From a bacterium (GTDB lineage: Bacteria; Patescibacteriota; Gracilibacteria; JAUYGZ01): DNA of 64,000 nt. The stretch spans positions 6,269-70,268 of the forward strand of contig JAUYGZ010000011.1 of the NCBI GenBank assembly GCA_030690415.1, written 5' to 3'. Below the pieces are notes generated by a model. The model ran no database searches, was not told where the DNA came from, and worked only from the letters and a program-made list of their open reading frames with translations. Below are positions 49,498 to 59,539 of the stretch, piece after piece (the first letter of the stretch is position 1; each line of letters starts with the position of its first letter). The position numbers and the translations under genes were made by a program.

Positions 49498-51279
49498 ATG
49501 GGCGGACACACCATGACGGAAAACGAAAGCGACACCGCTGAAGAACTTCAGGCAGCTTTTGACGCACCGGCATATGGCGAAAAAGGGAAAGAAAAAGAAG
49601 AAGACCAAAAAAACCCAAATGATGCTCAGGTAGAAGACATTGACCGTCAACTCGATGCCGCGCATAAAAAAGGCATCATCTGTACCCGAGACAAAATGAC
49701 CCTTTGGGGAAGGATTCACAGCCTGAGTGAAGAGGATAAAAAAAGAGCACCAGAGCTCATTAAAGAACACCTTAAAAAGAAGCAAAGCTATCTGGAGGAT
49801 TTTGACGAAGAACTTCAAAAAGCGGTAAAAAACGGGGACCTAACGGAAAATGAAGCGAAGAAAAAAATGAAAGAATATCAGGAAAAAAACGGAGAAACCC
49901 GAGAAAAAATGGCGGAAAGGGAGTTTCCGAAACAGCTCGAAGCCCTCAGGAAAGAGAAGAAAAAGTTTGAAGAACTCCTTCAGGAGTCTTCCCACTACTG
50001 CAAAGAAGGCAAACTTAGTTCAGAGGCAAAAAAAATGTGTGAGGATTATGAAGAGCTCGATGAGGCAGGAAAGAAAAAAGAAAAAAAGAATCTGATCCGT
50101 CGCATTGACCGAAGAAACAATGCCGCGAAGCTCTGCACGGGATACTACCAGGAAGCAAAGAATCTTTTCGAAGAAGGTGAATACAGTAAGGCTTTGAGAC
50201 TTATGAAGCGAAACATGAGAATCTGCGAGCACTATCCGGACTCTATCATGCTACAGGATTATCTTGAGTGGGCGGAAACCGATATTTCAAATCTCCAATG
50301 GGAAAAAGAACAATCTGATCACGTTCAGGATGCCAGAGAAGACAGGGATGACAGTATTAAATCAGGAGACCACGAGATGGCGCTTGAGACATCCAAAACC
50401 CTCGTTAACCTGACAAAAGAATGGCTTGAAACCACCTTTAGCGGATCAGACGAGGAGGAAAAACCAAGAGAGACGAAATGGATCACACCATTCATGAAAA
50501 AAAGCAGTGAGGAGGCGGAAAAAACCCATCAGGCACTTGTGAAAATTTACGAGCATCTTGTCCAGGAGGAGCAGGAGGAGGAGGGACAACTGGAGGAGGA
50601 ACAAGATCTTTTGGATCAGGAGATGTCAAAAGACGTCGCCATACAAGCACACATGAAGGCAGCAAGTGACACCCAGGAAGATATTGATACCCCTGAAACC
50701 CTACCCGTTTTTTCTCGGGTAATGAAGGAGGAAGGAGAAGAGGTTAAGGTGATTTATCATGACGAGGTGGAGGATTACACCGAGGAAGAGTTGGAAGATG
50801 AAAACACCATCGTCACCATCGATGAAGACAAGGATTTTGAACTCCAAAAAGACGAAGCGAAGGAAATCATGTCTGCCGACACTCCTATCCGGATGACTAA
50901 AGACGGCGAAGAGCTGGAAACCCGAAAGGAGGTTGAGGAAGAGCTTAATGAAAGGATGTTAGAGGGGGAAACAAGACTCCTTAATCGCCTCATAAAAGAA
51001 GGTAAGATTTCCCCCGATGTCGCTGATCAGGAAAGAAGAAGAATACGAAAAATGAGATCTACCGACCAGCTCGGGAAAACACTCCTCGAGGAAGACCGAC
51101 GATCTGGAAGGGGCATTGTACAAAGCGAAAGAAGGGATTGGAACGCCGAAAACATGGAGGAAATCCTGGAAGGGGTGAGAGAAAAAGACCAAAACCTACA
51201 GCACCCCCTCAATCAAGTCGCCAGTTTTCAAAGAAAGCGAAAGCAGAAACGTGTGGAGAGACTTGCTGAAGTGGCATAA
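49498..51279 (+). CDS. Hypothetical Lys/Glu-rich, probably coiled-coil, protein
   Basis: The 593-aa ORF is intact and strongly charged throughout. I recognise no family. Confidence 0.6.
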   Translation: MGGHTMTENESDTAEELQAAFDAPAYGEKGKEKEEDQKNPNDAQVEDIDRQLDAAHKKGIICTRDKMTLWGRIHSLSEEDKKRAPELIKEHLKKKQSYLEDFDEELQKAVKNGDLTENEAKKKMKEYQEKNGETREKMAEREFPKQLEALRKEKKKFEELLQESSHYCKEGKLSSEAKKMCEDYEELDEAGKKKEKKNLIRRIDRRNNAAKLCTGYYQEAKNLFEEGEYSKALRLMKRNMRICEHYPDSIMLQDYLEWAETDISNLQWEKEQSDHVQDAREDRDDSIKSGDHEMALETSKTLVNLTKEWLETTFSGSDEEEKPRETKWITPFMKKSSEEAEKTHQALVKIYEHLVQEEQEEEGQLEEEQDLLDQEMSKDVAIQAHMKAASDTQEDIDTPETLPVFSRVMKEEGEEVKVIYHDEVEDYTEEELEDENTIVTIDEDKDFELQKDEAKEIMSADTPIRMTKDGEELETRKEVEEELNERMLEGETRLLNRLIKEGKISPDVADQERRRIRKMRSTDQLGKTLLEEDRRSGRGIVQSERRDWNAENMEEILEGVREKDQNLQHPLNQVASFQRKRKQKRVERLAEVA

Positions 51280-51299
51280 AAAAAACACGCTGAAAAACC

Positions 51300-51328
51300 T
51301 TGACCATAAAAACTTAGCACTCTATACT
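51300..51328 (+). promoter_or_regulatory. dnaK promoter (TTGACC-17-TATACT)
   Basis: TTGACC lies at 51300-51305, followed by a 17-nt spacer and TATACT at 51323-51328. Confidence 0.65.
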
Positions 51329-51340
51329 GGTGAGTGCTAA
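51314..51340 (+). promoter_or_regulatory. CIRCE operator (HrcA binding site), a perfect match
   Basis: The site is TTAGCACTC (51314-51322), tatactggt, then GAGTGCTAA (51332-51340). This is the TTAGCACTC-N9-GAGTGCTAA consensus. It overlaps the spacer and -10 of the dnaK promoter. Confidence 0.92.
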
Positions 51341-51379
51341 GTTTTCCATTTTTAAATTTTACATTTTTAATTCACTGCC

Positions 51380-53326
51380 ATGTCAAAAATAATAGGAATC
51401 GACCTTGGGACGACCAATAGCTGTATTGCCTTTATGGAGGCAGGAAAACCAAAGGTGATCGAAAACGCGGAAGGCGATCGTACGACCCCCTCCGTTGTTG
51501 CCGTCAGAGAAGGACAGCGTCTCGCGGGGAAGACGGCAAAAAATCAGGCTGTCGTAAACCCGGAAAACACCATTTTTTCCGCAAAACGATTTATCGGACG
51601 TCAATTCGACGAGGTCACCGAAGAGTCTAAAAACTTCCCTTTCAAAGTCGCGAAAGGCTCCAAGGGAGAGGCGGAAATTCTGATGGACGGCAAACAGCAC
51701 CGCCCGGCGGAGATCTCCGCGATGGTTCTCCAAAAGCTCAAGGCAGATGCTGAGGCCTTCCTCGGTGAGCCAGTGACGAAAGCGGTGATTACGGTCCCCG
51801 CCTACTTCAACGACTCCCAAAGACAGGCGACCAAAGACGCGGGAAAGATCGCCGGTCTTGAGGTCGAACGCATTATCAATGAACCAACGGCAGCAGCCTT
51901 CGCTTACGGACTTGATAAAAAAGGCAAAGAACTGACGGTTGCGGTATTTGACCTAGGAGGAGGGACTTTCGATATTTCCATCATCGAGATTGGAGACGGG
52001 GTGACCAAGGTGTTGTCTACAAATGGAGATACTCACCTCGGAGGAGACGACTTCGACCACGCCATCATCGAATGGCTTTTGAAGCAGTTCAAATCCGACA
52101 CGGGAGTCGACCTCAGCAACGACCCCATGGCTATGCAGCGACTCAAGGAGACGACAGAGAAGGCGAAAAAAGAGCTTTCGACAACCACCGAAACCGACAT
52201 CAACCTCCCATTTATTACTGCGGACGCGAGCGGGCCAAAGCACATGAACGTCAAGCTCAGCCGGGCGAAATTGGAAGAGTTGGTTTCCGAGCTGATTCAG
52301 CGAACAATCGATCCTTGTGAAAAAGCGATAAAGGATTCAGGACTCAGTAAGGGGGACATCAACGAAGTGATTCTCGTCGGAGGAATGACCAGAATGCCTG
52401 CGGTACAGGACAAGGTGAAAGAAATTTTTGGGAAAGAACCTTCCAAAAACGTCAACCCCGATGAAGTCGTCGCCATGGGAGCCGCTATCCAGGGTGGAAT
52501 TCTTCAAGGAGACGTAAAGGACGTCCTTCTCCTCGATGTGACCCCCCTTTCCCTGTCCATTGAGACCATGGGAGGCATCGCGACACCGATGATCAAGCGA
52601 AACACCACCATTCCCACGAGCCATAGTCAGGTCTTCTCCACCGCGGCTGACAATCAGCCGGCGGTTGAAATCCATGTGACCCAGGGGGAGCGGGAAATGG
52701 CGGAAGGCAATAAATCTCTTGGGAAATTTATTCTCGATGGCATCTCTCCCGCACCTCGAGGAGTCCCACAAGTGGAGGTCACCTTCGATATCGATGCCAA
52801 CGGAATTCTGAACGTCAAAGCCAAGGATAAGGGAACTGGAAAAGAACAGCACATTACCATCCAAGGTTCTTCCGGCCTGAGCGAGGAGGAAATCGAAAAG
52901 ATGCAGAAAGAGGCTGAGGCCCATGCGGAAGAAGACAAGGCAAGAAAAGAATCCGCTGAATCAAGAAACAAGGCCGACTCAGCTATCTATCAGGTAGGAA
53001 AATCCATGAGTGACCTGGGCGACAAGGTGACCGAAGAAGAAAAGAAGGAGCCACAAGAAAAGCTTGAGGCACTGAAAGAGTTGCTCAAAAAATCGGATGC
53101 GGGGAAAGAAGAGATTGAAAAGGCGACGGAAGAGCTCCTGAAAGCCTCCCAAGCTATCGGCGAAAAGCTCTATCAGCAGCAGGCAGAGCAAGGACAAGCT
53201 GAAGCCATGAAGAGTGAGGATGGCGTAGAGGTAAAAGAGACGGAGAGGAAAGAAGATGTGGTTGACGCAAAAGTCGTGGAAGAAGATGAGCAGAAGAAAG
53301 ACGACAAGGAAGATAAGGAGAAATAA
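51380..53326 (+). CDS. dnaK: Molecular chaperone DnaK (Hsp70)
   Basis: The protein reads [41 protein letters not shown] ... [14 protein letters not shown] ... [14 protein letters not shown]. It is 648 aa. Confidence 0.98.
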   Translation: MSKIIGIDLGTTNSCIAFMEAGKPKVIENAEGDRTTPSVVAVREGQRLAGKTAKNQAVVNPENTIFSAKRFIGRQFDEVTEESKNFPFKVAKGSKGEAEILMDGKQHRPAEISAMVLQKLKADAEAFLGEPVTKAVITVPAYFNDSQRQATKDAGKIAGLEVERIINEPTAAAFAYGLDKKGKELTVAVFDLGGGTFDISIIEIGDGVTKVLSTNGDTHLGGDDFDHAIIEWLLKQFKSDTGVDLSNDPMAMQRLKETTEKAKKELSTTTETDINLPFITADASGPKHMNVKLSRAKLEELVSELIQRTIDPCEKAIKDSGLSKGDINEVILVGGMTRMPAVQDKVKEIFGKEPSKNVNPDEVVAMGAAIQGGILQGDVKDVLLLDVTPLSLSIETMGGIATPMIKRNTTIPTSHSQVFSTAADNQPAVEIHVTQGEREMAEGNKSLGKFILDGISPAPRGVPQVEVTFDIDANGILNVKAKDKGTGKEQHITIQGSSGLSEEEIEKMQKEAEAHAEEDKARKESAESRNKADSAIYQVGKSMSDLGDKVTEEEKKEPQEKLEALKELLKKSDAGKEEIEKATEELLKASQAIGEKLYQQQAEQGQAEAMKSEDGVEVKETERKEDVVDAKVVEEDEQKKDDKEDKEK

Positions 53327-53347
53327 ATCACTCAAAGATAAATCAAC

Positions 53348-53377
53348 AGCGGTCTCAAGCGACGAGACCGCTTTTTA
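53348..53377 (+). terminator. Rho-independent terminator after dnaK
   Basis: The sequence is agcggtctc aagcgac gagaccgct ttttaaaaa. The 9-bp stem spans 53348-53356 and 53364-53372. Confidence 0.8.
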
Positions 53378-53475
53378 AAAATCAAATAATATTTACAAAG
53401 CCAGTCAATGAGAAAGCACCGCAGACAACTCCTCTTTTGCCGTAGAATAAGAGCGACAACTCTTCTTGCGTCCGA

Positions 53476-54852
53476 ATGAAGAATATCACATATCAGCTAC
53501 TGTCTCTTGGCTTATCCATCACTATAACAAGCGGAGTGCTCGTGGTCGTCTTAGGAGGGTATATAGGGCTGGCACCATCAGCACTGCATGGCAATCCAGC
53601 GGGAGCTCAAGGAAACCTGTGTAGCCCTCAGACCACCCAGCTTACTCTCAACTTCACTATCTCTAACAAAATCCCAACCCGGCTCAAGTTTGACGAGGGG
53701 GGAAAAATTGAAGGGGGAAATGCCGCTGGGGTTCCGACGACGGGCAATGTTTACGCCCCTCCAATCCTAGTAGAAAGAGTGAAGTTTGACTGCCCACAAG
53801 GACTTACCTGTTGGGGAAACCACAGGTTTTTCCTCGGCGGTATTGGGGGCGCTCTTGTCGACGAGCTGATCTGGAACGGTTCAGTTGATCAAAACTATAC
53901 CAACCTTCAAGGGGGAGGGATGTTGATCGACTGGTACGAAGACCACACCTCGAATGGGGCGTTCGGGGCGCTTCCGGGGACCTTCCTTCCCGCGACCATT
54001 ATTACCTACAATCTCCAACAACAAACCACCCAGCTGAGTATCGCAGTCAACGAACTTGGACCATACAACGCTGGCGCCATTGCGACGGCCCTCGGAACCT
54101 TTTTTATCGATAACAGTGGCCAAAACGACCAAAAACTCTGGACTGAACAAACAGTCACCATTGCTCTGACAGGACCAGGAAAGATGGGACTCGGTTCACC
54201 TACAAGTACAACCCTCAAGAATCAGGCAGGCCAAATCGTCATCAGCAGCCTTGCACATGTGACCGATTTCATGAGCACTGTCCTGATGGTCTGTAAGGAC
54301 CAAAATAATAACGGAACCTGTGACGATCAGGAGTGCACCTTGGCCCAGTGCTCGGACACTATCGACAACGACGCCGATGGCAAAATCGACTTTCCAACCG
54401 ACCCTGGATGTGAGAGCGCGTCGGATCTCAATGAAACTAATCCGCAGTGCAACGACGGCCTGGACAACGACGGTGATGGGGAAATTGACTACCCGGATGA
54501 TATCGGCTGCCAGGCGCCAATAGACAATGATGAGATTAATCCTTCTATTGACCGGAATGTAGGATTTCAACAGTTGTCCAAACCTCAGCTCATCATCCAG
54601 CCAGCACTCGAGCAGGATGAACGCCTGGTCTTCGCGGCGCCATCAGCGGGATGGACACTCACGACCACTCCAGACGCATCTCTCTACATCGGCGGATCGT
54701 CTCCTGCAGACGACGGCAACTTTATCATTACAGCAGAGTACAAGGATCCAAACAATAATGTTTATTACGTCATTGTGGCTGTCGGCGACTACGAGCAGCA
54801 CAGCGCTCTCTCCACCAGTGGTGGACTTCCCTATTCAGGAGCAGCTTTCTAG
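53476..54852 (+). CDS. Secreted or anchored protein with two Cys-bracketed Asp/Asn-rich (calcium-site-like) motifs
   Basis: The N-terminal TM is LLSLGLSITITSGVLVVVLGGYIGLA. The motif pair QCSDTIDNDADGKIDFPTDPGCESASDLNETNPQCNDGLDNDGDGEIDYPDDIGCQAPIDNDEINP is encoded at 54346-54543. Confidence 0.65.
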   Translation: MKNITYQLLSLGLSITITSGVLVVVLGGYIGLAPSALHGNPAGAQGNLCSPQTTQLTLNFTISNKIPTRLKFDEGGKIEGGNAAGVPTTGNVYAPPILVERVKFDCPQGLTCWGNHRFFLGGIGGALVDELIWNGSVDQNYTNLQGGGMLIDWYEDHTSNGAFGALPGTFLPATIITYNLQQQTTQLSIAVNELGPYNAGAIATALGTFFIDNSGQNDQKLWTEQTVTIALTGPGKMGLGSPTSTTLKNQAGQIVISSLAHVTDFMSTVLMVCKDQNNNGTCDDQECTLAQCSDTIDNDADGKIDFPTDPGCESASDLNETNPQCNDGLDNDGDGEIDYPDDIGCQAPIDNDEINPSIDRNVGFQQLSKPQLIIQPALEQDERLVFAAPSAGWTLTTTPDASLYIGGSSPADDGNFIITAEYKDPNNNVYYVIVAVGDYEQHSALSTSGGLPYSGAAF

Positions 54853-54900
54853 CCCCCAGTACAGACGCATTGCAATGCGTCTCTACCCCCAACTCCCTTC

Positions 54901-55557
54901 ATGAAAAACTACCTCCCCAGCATCGCCCTCGTCATCACCTTCCTGATCATGCTCAGCATTATGCCGGGGCCGGATTATCTCGTGGCTCAAAGCATCACCG
55001 CTCAGTGTTCAGACGGACAAGACAACGACAACGACAGCAAGATTGACTATCCGAACGATACGGGCTGTCAAAACACACAGGATAACGACGAAACGAATCC
55101 CCCCTTCGACCGTGCTCTTCCGGGAGTTGGCGTGGGGTCAGGTGGCACGGTCGGGATGATTCAATACCCCATCAGCGTTCTTGCCAATCAGCCCAACAAC
55201 TACTTCATTGAGAAGAGGGATGGGGTAAACGTTGAGCGAGTACCTCTGCAAGTCGCCGCGCTCCCCAAAAAAACCGGCACGCCACTCATCAACGGCCAGC
55301 TCTACTGGCATCTTCTCAGTGGGCAGGATCAATCAGGGGAAGGGCATATTGCTCTGGCTCCAGGGAGACATTGGGACCTGAGCACGCTTCGAAATCCCAC
55401 CTACACCGAGGAGCCCCTGCTCAGCTTTTTCCAATCCGCGAATAATCTCACCCAATGTATTCAACAAGTGAAAACCTTTCCTTCGTCCCAAAGTTTTTTG
55501 GAGGACCCTTTCTTTTTCCAGCTCCTCCTGGATCTCCTCACCCTGTGCCAGCGCTAA
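54901..55557 (+). CDS. Secreted protein with one copy of the same Cys-bracketed Asp/Asn-rich motif
   Basis: The signal-anchor is MKNYLPSIALVITFLIMLSIMPG. The motif QCSDGQDNDNDSKIDYPNDTGCQNTQDNDETNP is encoded at 55003-55101. Confidence 0.6.
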   Translation: MKNYLPSIALVITFLIMLSIMPGPDYLVAQSITAQCSDGQDNDNDSKIDYPNDTGCQNTQDNDETNPPFDRALPGVGVGSGGTVGMIQYPISVLANQPNNYFIEKRDGVNVERVPLQVAALPKKTGTPLINGQLYWHLLSGQDQSGEGHIALAPGRHWDLSTLRNPTYTEEPLLSFFQSANNLTQCIQQVKTFPSSQSFLEDPFFFQLLLDLLTLCQR

Positions 55558-55581
55558 ATCATTCTTCATTTTTCATCAGCC

Positions 55582-57579
55582 GTGTCACGAAAAAAAACCA
55601 CAACACGATTACTCTCCACCTCTCCACTCCGGAGCTTCCTGCTCATCGGAGGTCTAGCCCTCTTCATCGCGCTGAGCTGGAGGGCACTGTTTCCCGGAAC
55701 AGAGCTGGGAACCTCTGTTCTGCGCACCAGCTTCAATCGTCTCAGCTCCACGGTCGTGAATTTCAGTATCCCAAGCGCAGGAACACTCAGCATCAGCGCC
55801 GGTCCCAGCGCATATATCGGTGACGCAAGAGTCTTCGGGCTGATCCTGGAGCTTGAAAATGCAAACCCCACGAATAGCTCTCCCTTCATCATCCAGAGCC
55901 CTGATTTGGACGTCTTCAATACCATCAACCCTGATAACCCACAGGAGGTCATCTTGACGACCATATTCCCTCAAGGGCATCTCACCAGCAATGAACGCCT
56001 TATCGCGGAGCTTCCTTTCTCGCCAACACAAGAAGGTCAGTTTCTCATCAAGTCTATTTTCTTCGGCAACCTTCCGGCCACGACCTTCCCCGCCTATCAG
56101 GAGTTCCCGATCTTTATCGAGAGCTCCAACATCCTTTTTGATGCCAATGGAAACGCAGTAGTGGTGACGCCTCCTCCTCCCCCGCCACCCCCACCGGTGC
56201 TCACGCAGTGTTCAGACGGCCTTGATAATGACGCCGACGGCTTGACCGACTACTCTGCCGATCCGGGCTGTGAGGACCTCCTCGACAACGACGAAACCGA
56301 CCCCATTGGGCTCGGACCGCTGAGACTGGACATCCCTCCCGATCTGGTGAAGGTTCTCCAAAAACTCAACCACACGATCGAGCACCTCGTGATCTTACCG
56401 CCGGCGCAACAGTTCCTACAGTACCAATTCCAGATGGAAGCAGCCGGAGGAGAAGAGCCGCTGGACTATACTTGGAGTAGAGTCGGAGGCGCGCTCAATA
56501 CGAACAACCAGTATGATCTTCCCGGTTCAGGGCTGACCCTAAGCCCGGCCGGTCTTATTCAGGCGGCGGGCCCCGAGCTGAACCCCGGCAATTACCAGTA
56601 CCAGCTTTCGGTCAGTGACGGGCTGGACACCCTGGAGTTCAGCCTTCAGATCGCCGTCTATGATGGATTTGGAAACCCGATTTTGCTCCAGTTGGTTCCC
56701 AGCTTTACCGGCAGTGAACAGATCTGCACGGTCGGACAGATCTGCGAAGCCAGCTTCCTTACCAGGGAAGGAAGATCGCCCTATACATACACCTTCACGG
56801 GCGAAAAACCCGACCTGCCTACCTTCCCCCAGATGAGCATTGACGGACCTTTCTATCGCTTTACGCCGACCACCGCAGAGCTGGGAAGTTATCGGGGCAC
56901 GATGTCGGTCTCTGACAGTAGCGTGCCAGCTCAGACTGCTCAGAGAGATTTTATGCTCACCATTGTTCCCGCGGATATCGAGAGCGAATTCGTCTATTCC
57001 GCCGAAAAACGATGTGATTTCCTGGATATTTCAGCGGTGGAAGAGGCCGGTCAGTACACTCAATTCACCTGCCGAAATGGGGTCATGGAAGGATTTGAAG
57101 GTCTATTTCGGCCTAACGATTCGCTCAACCGTGCCGAGGCGGCAAAGGTGACGAGCCTGATCGTGGCGGATCAAAGCACCGTTGAAATGAGCTTCAGACA
57201 ATTCTCGAATGTTGATTCAGGGACTCCGGTAAACTACAACGATGTCCTGGTGAGGGACTGGTTTGCGAACTTCGTCTACTACCTTTTCCAAAAGGGAATC
57301 ATCATCGACAACGACCTGTACAGACCAGCTGACACCCTCAATGTGGCTGAGGCGATGAAGCTGGTCGTAGAGTCCTATATCAATCTCAGTGAACCCCTGC
57401 TCAACGATTTGGAAGATATTACCGGATACACAGAGTGGTTTCAGCCCTACCAGACCATTGCCAGCTACGTGGATGCCGAAATGGCCTTTGTGGACCCCGC
57501 TCTTCCCGCTAAGCGTGTCTGGATGGCAGAATTTCTCTACAAGCTTTCAACCAGCTACCCGACCTCCAAGTTCCAGTAA
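55582..57579 (+). CDS. Surface protein with a poly-Pro linker, the same Asp/Asn-rich motif, and two C-terminal SLH-like domains
   Basis: The GTG start is taken from the track. PPPPPPPPPVLTQCSDGLDNDADGLTDYSADPGCEDLLDNDETDP is encoded around 56206-56304. SLH-like segments read FTCRNGVMEGFEGLFRPNDSLNRAEAAKVTSLIV and FVYYLFQKGIIIDNDLYRPADTLNVAEAMKLVV. Confidence 0.65.
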   Translation: MSRKKTTTRLLSTSPLRSFLLIGGLALFIALSWRALFPGTELGTSVLRTSFNRLSSTVVNFSIPSAGTLSISAGPSAYIGDARVFGLILELENANPTNSSPFIIQSPDLDVFNTINPDNPQEVILTTIFPQGHLTSNERLIAELPFSPTQEGQFLIKSIFFGNLPATTFPAYQEFPIFIESSNILFDANGNAVVVTPPPPPPPPPVLTQCSDGLDNDADGLTDYSADPGCEDLLDNDETDPIGLGPLRLDIPPDLVKVLQKLNHTIEHLVILPPAQQFLQYQFQMEAAGGEEPLDYTWSRVGGALNTNNQYDLPGSGLTLSPAGLIQAAGPELNPGNYQYQLSVSDGLDTLEFSLQIAVYDGFGNPILLQLVPSFTGSEQICTVGQICEASFLTREGRSPYTYTFTGEKPDLPTFPQMSIDGPFYRFTPTTAELGSYRGTMSVSDSSVPAQTAQRDFMLTIVPADIESEFVYSAEKRCDFLDISAVEEAGQYTQFTCRNGVMEGFEGLFRPNDSLNRAEAAKVTSLIVADQSTVEMSFRQFSNVDSGTPVNYNDVLVRDWFANFVYYLFQKGIIIDNDLYRPADTLNVAEAMKLVVESYINLSEPLLNDLEDITGYTEWFQPYQTIASYVDAEMAFVDPALPAKRVWMAEFLYKLSTSYPTSKFQ

Positions 57580-57597
57580 GTGCTTACTTCTCAGAGT

Positions 57598-58974
57598 ATG
57601 AAAACAATTGCGGGGTCCGTATCAAAAAAAACGCTGGTATGGATGATCATCATTGCAGTTTTTGGAGCCTTGCTCATCTGGATCAGCTTTCAGCCGACAC
57701 TTACACCACTGAAGAGTCAGGTCACGGCACCCACGACCCCAGCAGTTCAGATGGTCGGAGACGAAAGCAGGGCCAATGCCTTCACGAGCTTTGAACAATC
57801 CGATCCGAATATCGATATGAACGAGGCGGGGGTTTCAGTAGTGGTCTGGCAAAGTCGGCAGGGAGAAAGTAGCTACCCCGGGGTAGGAGGAAACATCTTT
57901 GCCGTTCGCTATGACCAGACAGGACGGGAGATAGTGCCACCGGAGGAGCTTAGAGACAAAGGAGGGGTTAAGGGTAATGAGTTTCGGGTGAATACTCCGG
58001 GCAATAATCTTCCGGGATCCCCTAGCGTGACCATGAACGCAGCAGGAAGCTTTGTTGTGGCCTGGTATAGTCGGAATAATGGCAAGGTGTTTGCGCGACG
58101 GTTTGACCCTTCCGGAGCCATGGTGGGAGAGGAGCTGGAGATAAATAGTCAATCAAAAGCAAAGTTTCAGGATGATGCCAGGATAGCCGTTGGGATGGAT
58201 GATGAGGAAGACTTCGTGGTGGCGTGGTTCGGCACAGGGCCGAATGATGAAGAAGGCATTTACGCTCGATGGTATGATAGCAGTGGAGCACCCCGAGGAG
58301 ATGAAGCCCTGATCAATACAACGCTAGTGGGTGAACAATCTTCACCTTCAGTGGCCATGAATGCATCGGGCTCCACCGTCTTCACCTGGTTCGGAAATGG
58401 GGTAGGAGACGAGCAGGGAGTTTTTGCGAGACAATTTGACCAAAATAGCGTTGCGCTTGGCGAAGAACGATTGGTCAATGAAAACCCAGAACGACCGCAG
58501 AAAAGACCCTCGATAGACATGATCAACACAGGAGAGTTTGTGATCGTCTGGCAGACCCTTTTTGACGATGATCGCAAGTGGGATATTTCTTTTCGAACCT
58601 TCTCGCCAGTTGGAACGCCTGGTCCTGAAATTAGAGCAAACAGCAAGCGGGAGAAAGATCAGGAGCATCCTGCCGTCGCACTGAGTGAGGAGGGAGAAAT
58701 CCTCATCGCCTGGGATACCAATGATGTTTTACTGCCTTCTCGAAGAGACGTCTTTGCCAGGCTCTTCGATCCTGAAGGCAATCCTCTTACCCAGGGCATT
58801 TCCCGTGTCAACAGCACGGCAGACAACGCTCAATGGTACCCCGGGGTGGCGATGAATAGCCAACGTGATATTGTCATTCTCTGGAGCGGATACCGGGAAG
58901 ATGACGTGTCGGGTTACGATCACGAGGCCGTCGTCTTCCAGCGCTTCAAAAAATATGATGGAAATGTGGAATAG
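57598..58974 (+). CDS. Secreted seven-repeat (beta-propeller-like) protein
   Basis: The N-terminal TM is TLVWMIIIAVFGALLIWISF. There are seven units of about 45-50 aa with the pattern G.F(V/I)(V/I)(A/V)W......D...(I/V)FAR(R/W)(F/Y)D..G...G.E..(I/V)N. The ATG at 57598 is preferred over the track's 57580. Confidence 0.65.
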   Translation: MKTIAGSVSKKTLVWMIIIAVFGALLIWISFQPTLTPLKSQVTAPTTPAVQMVGDESRANAFTSFEQSDPNIDMNEAGVSVVVWQSRQGESSYPGVGGNIFAVRYDQTGREIVPPEELRDKGGVKGNEFRVNTPGNNLPGSPSVTMNAAGSFVVAWYSRNNGKVFARRFDPSGAMVGEELEINSQSKAKFQDDARIAVGMDDEEDFVVAWFGTGPNDEEGIYARWYDSSGAPRGDEALINTTLVGEQSSPSVAMNASGSTVFTWFGNGVGDEQGVFARQFDQNSVALGEERLVNENPERPQKRPSIDMINTGEFVIVWQTLFDDDRKWDISFRTFSPVGTPGPEIRANSKREKDQEHPAVALSEEGEILIAWDTNDVLLPSRRDVFARLFDPEGNPLTQGISRVNSTADNAQWYPGVAMNSQRDIVILWSGYREDDVSGYDHEAVVFQRFKKYDGNVE

Positions 58975-58983
58975 AAAGCCTGC

Positions 58984-59019
58984 ACTCAAAGAAGACCAAT
59001 CACTCGGGCTTCTTTGAGT
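58984..59019. terminator. Stem-loop between the convergent propeller gene and rnpB
   Basis: actcaaagaag (58984-58994) pairs with cttctttgagt (59009-59019) as an 11-bp perfect stem with a 14-nt loop. Neither side has a clear U-tract. Confidence 0.4.
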
Positions 59020-59020
59020 T

Positions 59021-59423
59021 TCCCCATCATCATAAGCCGGATTCTGTCGAGGAGATGATCTATCTCGACTCCGCGTTGCCGCGAAGCTCTAGCGTTGGGC
59101 AAGACTGGAGCCCCTGGCGGCTTGATCCACTCTTCCCATCCCAACTTGCTCCGTCCAGAATTTAACCGAGGGCACCTAATCACTCAGGGCCCTCCCCGCT
59201 GAACGGGGCTTTTCACCTTTCGCCGCGGAGCGGCGACCCTGAGCGAAGTCGATGGGTTATTTCGCTCAGGCTAGTCGCTCCGCGGCTAGTATTGTCTCTG
59301 TGGCAATGGTCCTATGCTGACATTTCTGCCGACACGGTCGCCGTTAGCGACTGAATTTGCCAGGTGGAGTCCGGACTTTCCTCTCCCCTACCAAGGCAGG
59401 GAAGCCATCTCTCAGATGGGGGC
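59021..59423 (-). ncRNA. rnpB: RNase P RNA (bacterial type)
   Basis: The reverse complement of 59369-59383 is GAGGAAAGTCCGGAC (P4 5' strand/CR-I). The reverse complement of 59033-59047 is ACAGAATCCGGCTTA (P4 3' strand/CR-V). P1 pairs CCCCCATC (5' end) with GATGGGG (3' end). The ends are approximate to within about 3 nt. Confidence 0.9.
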
Positions 59424-59427
59424 TGAA

Positions 59428-59456
59428 AGAATAGGATAAAACATTCCAAAACGCAA
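59428..59456 (-). promoter_or_regulatory. Candidate rnpB promoter (TTGCGT-17-TATTCT)
   Basis: The reverse complement of 59451-59456 is TTGCGT and the reverse complement of 59428-59433 is TATTCT, with a 17-nt spacer. It sits about 6 nt upstream of the inferred RNA 5' end. Confidence 0.4.
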
Positions 59457-59539
59457 ATATGATACTCCGCCGAGCGTTTTTCTGTTGAGTTATTATGACT
59501 GCCATGATATCATTCAATTGCATAATAAGTTATACAGTC

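Noticed and set aside
58986-59183. A 65-aa minus ORF.
   Set aside because: It lies within the RNase P RNA gene.
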